A stretch of 64,000 nt of DNA from Patescibacteria group bacterium (lineage in GTDB: Bacteria; Patescibacteriota; Patescibacteriia; Patescibacteriales; UBA12465). Positions 58,066 to 64,000 of the stretch are shown here, in pieces (positions within the stretch are counted from its first letter, which is position 1; each line of letters starts with the position of its first letter). Made by a program: the position numbers and the translations under genes. The notes beneath the pieces are model-generated. The model was not told where the DNA came from. It made no database searches and saw only the letters and a list, made by a program, of their open reading frames with translations. Location: assembly GCA_028687275.1 (NCBI GenBank), contig JAQUAK010000003.1, forward strand, positions 5,547-69,546, given 5' to 3'.

Positions 58066-60144
58066 TTAACGGTTGGCAAAATACCACTGCATAATTTCTT
58101 TGGCGATTGGCACTGCTACAGCGCTGCCCTCTACACCTTCTTCAACTAAAACAGTAACGACAATTTCCGGATTTTCGTAAGGGGCAAAACCAGTAAACCA
58201 AGCGTGATTAGCTTTCTTGCTCGACCACTGAGCGGTGCCAGTCTTGCCAGCCGAAGTTACCGGCAAAATACTAAGACTACGAGCACTGCCTGACGTAACT
58301 GTTTGACGCATACCTTCTCGCACTACTTGTAAATTATAGGAGTCTACAAAATCTTGCCTAATAATACTCGGAGAAATAGCCCTAGCTAAATTATTATGCT
58401 CATCTAGCAAGGCGCTAACTACAGTGGGTCTATATAACGTACCCCCGTTGGCAACGGTTGCTGTAAAATTAGCTACCTGGAGGGGGGTTGTAAGAATATC
58501 ACCCTGTCCAATAGAAATATGATAGGTGTCGCCAATATACCAAGTCTCATCTTTTGTTTCTTCCTTCCATTCTTTGGTAGGGACAAAACCAGAAGACTCT
58601 CCCGGTAAATCAATACCGCTCTTCTCACCCAAGCCAAACAAATGCATATATTTAACTAAACGATCAAGCCCTAGCCCAATAAAATCCTTATAACCCCCAC
58701 CTATATAATAGAAAAAGGTATTAACAGACTCAGCTAAAGCCTTGCGTACATTAGTAGCTCCATGACCACCCGCCTTCCAGTCAGGAAAAAACCACTGACC
58801 AATGCTAAGTCCACCCGTACTTAAAAAACTAGTATTTTCAGTAATCACCCCTTCTTGCAAAGCAGCAGCAGCTATTACTGGTTTTATTGTTGAACCAGAT
58901 GGAATCTCACCGCTGATTGAGCGATTAAACAAAGGATGATTTTCATCATTTAAAAACTTATCATAATCATTCTGACTAATTCCTTGCGCAAACAAATTAT
59001 TATCATAAGCCGGGAGGCTGATTAAGCTTATAATCTGACCATTACTAGGATTCATAACAATAACGGAAGCGCGAGCAGTGTTTGTTTTTACCAACCAGTC
59101 TTTAGTAATAATTTCAGCCTGCCTTTGCAAATCAATATCTATAGATAATCGCAAATTATAACCAGCCACGGGATCTTCTTCACTAACAATCTGCTTACGA
59201 CGACCTAAAGCATCAACCTCAATATTGCGACTGCCATTTAAACCTTTTAATTCGTTCTCCCAAGAATACTCTAGACCAGTCTTGCCAACATAATCTATTA
59301 AAGAATATTGTGGCCCCAATCTCTGTAAGGCTTCTTCTGTAATTTTGCCTGTATAACCAAGGATATGAGCTAAGCTAGATAAATCAGCAGAGCTGCCATC
59401 AAGTGGAGTGGCGGTATAGGCGTACTCACGTTTAATTTTAGTTTCAATAATCACACCTGGCAAAACGTTTCTTTCTAAGAGTAAGCGCATCGCCTTGTCA
59501 TAATCAATGCTATCCCTAATAAAAAGAGGCTGGTAGGCTTCAAGTGAGCGCAATTTAACTTTAGATAAAGCATCTTTCATCAACTTAAAAGAGGGACCGT
59601 CAACTACTAAATTTAAAGCCGCATCAGAACTATTAGCGCTCACTTCTGGCAAACCATCCATCACTCGGCTCAGATAGCGTAACAACTCATCTCGCTCTAA
59701 CTCATTTGAGGGTAAATCAATCGGCCTTAAAGATAAAACAAAATTGGCAGTATTACGTACCAAGGGAGTGTTATTGGCATCATAAATAATGCCTCGCTTA
59801 GGCTCAATATTTTCAATACGTAAACGATTACCTTCAGCCAAACCACTATAATGAGCTCCCCGGGCCACTTGTAACCAGGCCGTTCGACTAGCTAACACTA
59901 AAATAAAAACAGCAATAAATATCTTAATTGGCAAAAGCCTCTTTAAACTGAAGGTACGCCCAACGATTTCTTTCTGTTGATTTCCAGAAAGAAAAGAATG
60001 CTCAATCCAATCGGTATAATAAGAGTTGTCTTTGAGTTGCCCAAATTTAAAATCACCCTCTTTAATTACAAAAGGATCAACACTAGCTTCACTTGGTGTG
60101 GAAAAATCGCCTTGAAAAAAACGTTTTCTCTTTAATTTATTCAT
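58066..60144 (-). CDS. Penicillin-binding protein 2 (class B transpeptidase)
   Basis: 692 aa with an N-terminal TM anchor, a dimerisation domain and the transpeptidase motifs SGSTIKP (SxxK), SVN (SxN) and KTGTA. Confidence 0.93.
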   Translation of the reverse strand: MNKLKRKRFFQGDFSTPSEASVDPFVIKEGDFKFGQLKDNSYYTDWIEHSFLSGNQQKEIVGRTFSLKRLLPIKIFIAVFILVLASRTAWLQVARGAHYSGLAEGNRLRIENIEPKRGIIYDANNTPLVRNTANFVLSLRPIDLPSNELERDELLRYLSRVMDGLPEVSANSSDAALNLVVDGPSFKLMKDALSKVKLRSLEAYQPLFIRDSIDYDKAMRLLLERNVLPGVIIETKIKREYAYTATPLDGSSADLSSLAHILGYTGKITEEALQRLGPQYSLIDYVGKTGLEYSWENELKGLNGSRNIEVDALGRRKQIVSEEDPVAGYNLRLSIDIDLQRQAEIITKDWLVKTNTARASVIVMNPSNGQIISLISLPAYDNNLFAQGISQNDYDKFLNDENHPLFNRSISGEIPSGSTIKPVIAAAALQEGVITENTSFLSTGGLSIGQWFFPDWKAGGHGATNVRKALAESVNTFFYYIGGGYKDFIGLGLDRLVKYMHLFGLGEKSGIDLPGESSGFVPTKEWKEETKDETWYIGDTYHISIGQGDILTTPLQVANFTATVANGGTLYRPTVVSALLDEHNNLARAISPSIIRQDFVDSYNLQVVREGMRQTVTSGSARSLSILPVTSAGKTGTAQWSSKKANHAWFTGFAPYENPEIVVTVLVEEGVEGSAVAVPIAKEIMQWYFANR

Positions 60145-60315
60145 AACTATTGTTTAATAATATTAACTGGATTTTAAAATTCTGGCAAATAAACATTAAC
60201 AATTATAATAAAGAAATAAATTGTTATTTGGATGTTATCTCAGAATTGCTATAATTAACTATATATATTCTATTATTTTAGAATAATAAAATTTATTAAT
60301 TTTGTTTCAACTTTT

Positions 60316-60987
60316 ATGCGCATTCTCCTAATCGAAGATGAAAAAGACTTAGCTGCCTTCATAACCTCACTTTTAAAAAAAGCGGGGATGGCTATTGATA
60401 CCGCTCATGACGGTGAACAGGGAATATTTTTGGCTCGCACTAATAATTATGGACTTATTATCACTGACTACATTCTGCCTAAATTGGATGGCCGTAGTTT
60501 AATCCAAGAGTTACGTCAGGAAGGTAAGCAAATGCCTATTTTAATGCTCAGCGCCAGACAGGGGACAATAGACAAAATTAGCGTTTTAGATGCCGGTGCT
60601 GACGACTATCTAGCCAAGCCCTTCTCTTCCGAAGAATTATTAGCTCGTATCCGAGCCTTGAGTCGGAGACCACATAATATCCAAAGCGATGTCCTGACAT
60701 TTAAAAATTTAAAATTAGAACCAGAATCTTTTAAATTAAGCAAAGGTAATAAAAATATTAAATTAACTAATAAAGAATTTTCACTACTACAATACTTAAT
60801 GATAAATAAAGGACGAATTGTTTCTAGAGAAACCCTTCTAGATCACGTTTGGGATGATGGGCTTGATTCTTTTTCTAACACGGTAGAAACCCACATTCTT
60901 AGACTTCGTCGGAAAATTGAAAATAAAGATGAAAAAATTATTCACACCATTGTTGGCCGCGGTTATTGTTTAGACATAAGAAAATAA
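60316..60987 (+). CDS. OmpR-family response regulator
   Basis: 223 aa with a receiver domain (ILLIEDE, IITDYILPKLDG, DDYLAKPF) and a winged-helix effector domain (VETHILRLRRKI...IHTIVGRGY). Confidence 0.94.
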   Translation: MRILLIEDEKDLAAFITSLLKKAGMAIDTAHDGEQGIFLARTNNYGLIITDYILPKLDGRSLIQELRQEGKQMPILMLSARQGTIDKISVLDAGADDYLAKPFSSEELLARIRALSRRPHNIQSDVLTFKNLKLEPESFKLSKGNKNIKLTNKEFSLLQYLMINKGRIVSRETLLDHVWDDGLDSFSNTVETHILRLRRKIENKDEKIIHTIVGRGYCLDIRK

Positions 60988-61075
60988 ATAGTTAGATTAA
61001 TTTTAACCTCTGTTTGTTACTATTAATAAAGCAAGGGGCAAAATAGTCCAAAAAGTCGACTTGCTAATCATAAAA

Positions 61076-61168
61076 ATGAATAATCATAATTTTATGGAAA
61101 ATCAAGCAAAAGAACAAAAAAACACCCAGCCAGAAGATGAAAATCCTGGTACGCCTTGGAGAAGTTAA
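61076..61168 (+). CDS. Possible 30-aa peptide ORF between the response regulator and kinase genes
   Basis: Hand translation gives MNNHNFMENQAKEQKNTQPEDENPGTPWRS. No obvious SD. A strong hairpin follows directly. May be non-coding. Confidence 0.15.
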   Translation: MNNHNFMENQAKEQKNTQPEDENPGTPWRS

Positions 61169-61172
61169 ATGA

Positions 61173-61204
61173 AATGCCTTAGCTTATATGAGCTAAGGCA
61201 TTTT
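61173..61204 (+). terminator. Strong hairpin (terminator/attenuator-like) directly before the kinase start codon
   Basis: AATGCCTTAGCT-N6-AGCTAAGGCATT is a perfect 12-bp stem ending in TTTT. The kinase ATG is at 61206. Confidence 0.55.
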
Positions 61205-61205
61205 A

Positions 61206-62615
61206 ATGTTAAAAAATATGAGAAAAAATTTAGTGCGTTTAAAAAATTACCTACTAAGTAGTCGGGCTGAAGACGGCCAACAAGCACAAGCCCGTAAACT
61301 GCAGGTAATTGCCTTAATTTCTGTTAGCATCATGTTTTCACTAAATATTATCAGATTTTATGATTATATCATCGACCCTAACAACCAAGGATTGCCACTA
61401 CATGTAACTTTTATTATTCTCTTGCTATTTATTGGCATTTGGAACTTATCTAAAAATGGCAGAGTCAAAAGTAGCGCTTGGCTTTTAATCAGCGCTTATT
61501 CTCTGCCAACTATTTTTTGTTTTTACACTTGGGGCACGGATTTACCGGCCGCTATTCTCTTAACCGTTTTAATAGTGATGCTGGCTGGTTTATTTTTAGG
61601 CTCCAGAGCGGCCATAATTATCACCGCTTTTTATAGTATATTAATGCTTGTTCTGTCCTACCTGCAAACTGTCTTAATCCTGCCGATTTCTTCCAATTGG
61701 CGACTAGAAGCGCCTCAATTTGCCGACACCATTACCTACGTTCTCTTATGTAATATTATCTTTCTACTTGCTTGGATAATAGTGCGTGAAAATCACCAAG
61801 CCTTAATTGCTTTGGCTAATTCTAGAAATGAGCTCCAACAAGAACGAGATCAATTAGAAATAACTGTTACTCAGAGAACTAAAGAAATTATTAATATTAA
61901 GAAAGAAAAACTAGAGCAATTACAAAGCTTGGCTAGTATCGGCCAACTTTCTGGCGGCATCTTTCATGATATTGTTAATCCTTTAACAGTAGTGGGGCTA
62001 AACTTAGAGCAAATAAAAACAGAAACCTCTAGTATTAAAGCTTTACAAGACAACTTAAAGCAAGCCATAAGCGCGACCAAAAGAATAAAAGGCTTGATTG
62101 ATACTAATAATAATCACTTACGTCGCTGTCATAAAAATCAATTATTTTCTATTAAAAAAGAAATTCAAGAAATCATTAGTATAATGACATCTAAAGCAAA
62201 TGCACAAAATGTCACTATTAGCTTATTAGGCGATGATTACAATCTCAACGGCGATAAGAGTCGTTTTGGACAAGTAATTATGAACTTACTAAGCAACTCC
62301 ATTGAGGCTTGTTACAAGAACGAAAATCAAGATAAAAAAATATTGATTCAGACAGAATGGAATAAAATAGAAAATTCATTGGAAATAAAAATATCAGATA
62401 ATGGCGTAGGCATGAGTGCGGAGCAGCAAGAACACATTTTCCAACCATTTTTTAGTACCAAAGAAAATAATGGTAAAAATATTGGACTAGGCCTTAGTAT
62501 AGTTAAAGAAATAATAAAAGAAGATTTTACCGGAGATATCAGCGTTCATAGCCGTCAAAATTTTGGCGCTCAATTTATAATTACTTTACCAATATGTCAA
62601 TCGAGCGAGATTTAA
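61206..62615 (+). CDS. Sensor histidine kinase with multi-TM N-terminal domain
   Basis: 469 aa with about 5-6 TM helices, a coiled coil, H-box GGIFHDIVNPL, N-box MNLLSNSIEA, G1 DNGVGM and G2 GLGLS. Confidence 0.92.
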   Translation: MLKNMRKNLVRLKNYLLSSRAEDGQQAQARKLQVIALISVSIMFSLNIIRFYDYIIDPNNQGLPLHVTFIILLLFIGIWNLSKNGRVKSSAWLLISAYSLPTIFCFYTWGTDLPAAILLTVLIVMLAGLFLGSRAAIIITAFYSILMLVLSYLQTVLILPISSNWRLEAPQFADTITYVLLCNIIFLLAWIIVRENHQALIALANSRNELQQERDQLEITVTQRTKEIINIKKEKLEQLQSLASIGQLSGGIFHDIVNPLTVVGLNLEQIKTETSSIKALQDNLKQAISATKRIKGLIDTNNNHLRRCHKNQLFSIKKEIQEIISIMTSKANAQNVTISLLGDDYNLNGDKSRFGQVIMNLLSNSIEACYKNENQDKKILIQTEWNKIENSLEIKISDNGVGMSAEQQEHIFQPFFSTKENNGKNIGLGLSIVKEIIKEDFTGDISVHSRQNFGAQFIITLPICQSSEI

Positions 62616-63448
62616 AAAATATTCACGCACTTGCCAAAGAATCAGAATTACTTTGGCCAAATTCATTGAAAGAAGGCCTACAAATTCATTGGCATAAAAC
62701 CATTGATGATGATAAAAATGGCTTAATATCAATGCTAGGCGTTTTACTATGGCAAGACTCTATAAATAATAAAAATATAACCCTGGATAATGTTTATTAT
62801 TTAAGTGTAGCTGAATTATACTTTTGGACAGCCGCTAATTTAGAAGACGATCTAAGCGATAACCCGAACGCTCCCAGAAATTACTTGCCCCTATTAAGCG
62901 CCTGCCGTGATTTAGCCTGGCACTATATTAATAAGACTCTTTTAAATTACAATAATATTAACCTCCCTTTAATTACTAGCCTCTTGCTTAATAACCACGC
63001 CGGTAATTTTCAAGAATTAAGCGCGGATAAACACATCCCCAACGAAGCTGTTGCTGCGGCCTCAAAATCTATTTTTTTATTAATTGGACCGATACTTTTA
63101 ACAAATATCTGCCAGTGGACTAAAGCTGAACAAATAAAATTATTTATAGCCGGAAAATATTTTTTGGCGGCCAAGCAATTAGCGGACGATGTTTACGATT
63201 ATAAAGAAGATTGGAACGCAAATAAAAGGACTTTTGCTCACTACGGATTAAATAAACTACCAAATAAACAAGAGCTTCCCGCTTATTATCGAAAACAAGC
63301 AGAAAATATTTTATCCCTCTGTCAAAAATCTAAACAAGAATTAAAAAAAATCACTGCCTTAAAAAAGCGTGACTGTTTTACTTATTTTTTAAAACCTCTA
63401 GAGCTTAGTTGCCTCAAGGCTTTAACCAAAATAAGTGTTAAGCCTTAA
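62594..63448 (+). CDS. Divergent class I isoprenoid synthase-fold protein (polyprenyl synthetase-like)
   Basis: 284 aa with two Asp-rich motifs 113 residues apart. VAELYFWTAANLEDDLSDN is FARM-like (DDxxD) and AGKYFLAAKQLADDVYDYKED is SARM-like (FxxxxQxxDDxxD). The start overlaps the kinase stop by 22 nt. Confidence 0.5.
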   Translation: MSIERDLKNIHALAKESELLWPNSLKEGLQIHWHKTIDDDKNGLISMLGVLLWQDSINNKNITLDNVYYLSVAELYFWTAANLEDDLSDNPNAPRNYLPLLSACRDLAWHYINKTLLNYNNINLPLITSLLLNNHAGNFQELSADKHIPNEAVAAASKSIFLLIGPILLTNICQWTKAEQIKLFIAGKYFLAAKQLADDVYDYKEDWNANKRTFAHYGLNKLPNKQELPAYYRKQAENILSLCQKSKQELKKITALKKRDCFTYFLKPLELSCLKALTKISVKP

Positions 63449-63500
63449 ATAAAAATCTCTTTACCCCCCCGGACATTATATCGTTGATTACTTTAGTTCG

Positions 63501-63527
63501 AAAACAGCCTCTTAAGAGGCTGTTTTT
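63501..63527. terminator. Bidirectional terminator between convergent genes
   Basis: AACAGCCTCTT / AAGAGGCTGTT perfect palindrome flanked by AAAA and TTTTT. It contains the stop codon of the minus-strand gene. Confidence 0.75.
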
Positions 63528-64000
63528 GGAAGCTTACGTCTTAACACGCTATAGGCAGGCCAGTCTTGCTGAGTAGTCATAATCACTTCTTGTTCGCCAC
63601 CACCGCCATGTGCCTCCAACACATCTTCACCGGTTTTAATATCTTGAATCTTAACTTTTTGCAAATTTGAAATATTATAACTAGGCCCAATAATCTCCAA
63701 TTCATCTTCAACCAGGAGGGTGTTGTGAACTCTAACTTTTAGAGCATAGCCATTATCAACTTTAGAGGAAGAGATAACCTGCCCACAGAATTCCCATTCA
63801 GAAGAAGGAAAATTACCTTCATAATTTTGTAAATTTTCTTCACCCTTAAACATAAACCCTTCGGTGTAACCGCGATGGTTTAATTTAGCTTCAAGTTCTG
63901 CCTTTAAATACTTCAATTCTTTTTCAATTAATTCCTGATCAAAGTTAACAGCAATAAAATCAATAGCACGGCGATAAGTACCGATAACATTAGCTAAGTA
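63512..64000 (-). CDS. 3' part of a peptidase U32 family gene (5' part lies beyond the window)
   Basis: The reading frame is open from position 64000 with no stop upstream of the track's TTG start. The C-terminal barrel-like segment GQVISSSKVDNGYALKVRVHNTLLVEDELEIIGP resembles the U32 C-terminal domain. Confidence 0.55.
   Translation of the reverse strand, partial: YLANVIGTYRRAIDFIAVNFDQELIEKELKYLKAELEAKLNHRGYTEGFMFKGEENLQNYEGNFPSSEWEFCGQVISSSKVDNGYALKVRVHNTLLVEDELEIIGPSYNISNLQKVKIQDIKTGEDVLEAHGGGGEQEVIMTTQQDWPAYSVLRRKLPKTAS

Overview
Gene-dense, AT-rich bacterial chromosome segment with about 70 protein genes and 3 tRNAs. I saw no rRNA, CRISPR array, transposase or integrase. Short intergenic gaps, stops that are almost all TAA, many secreted or membrane orphan proteins with internal repeats, and a housekeeping set limited to chaperones, F-ATPase, peptidoglycan and tRNA modification fit a small-genome lineage such as Candidate Phyla Radiation/Patescibacteria. 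That lineage call is inference only. Main blocks, left to right: def / dedA / fmt / tRNA-Glu; a loosely packed accessory stretch (5.3-9.3 kb) with a Fic-HIT operon and orphan genes; ECF sigma plus a membrane partner; tRNA-Lys and tRNA-Thr flanking a PHP phosphoesterase; dnaB-ybaB-recR; rplU; murA; a galU plus three GT2 glycosyltransferase cluster; a compact thymidylate operon (dCMP deaminase, thyA, DHFR-like, P-loop kinase, Tmk-dUTPase fusion); gatB; miaA-miaB; two large GT-C-like membrane proteins; an adenylyltransferase-mltG-orphan operon; groES-groEL with CIRCE; uppP; a complete F1Fo ATP synthase operon; tatD; hrcA-grpE-hsp20-dnaK-dnaJ with a second CIRCE; PBP2; an OmpR/histidine-kinase pair overlapping a polyprenyl-synthase-like gene; and a partial U32 peptidase. 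Best candidates for something new: (1) the Fic-HIT two-gene operon, with a phased triple TGTATACA operator upstream, next to tRNA-Glu; (2) the DUF1653-GrpE fusion inside the HrcA/CIRCE regulon; (3) the Tmk-dUTPase fusion in a T4-like thymidylate module; (4) a c-subunit with a two-carboxylate Na+ motif; (5) an isoprenoid-synthase-like gene translationally coupled to a histidine kinase. None can be proven from sequence alone. All family calls rest on motifs I recognise by eye, not on database searches.
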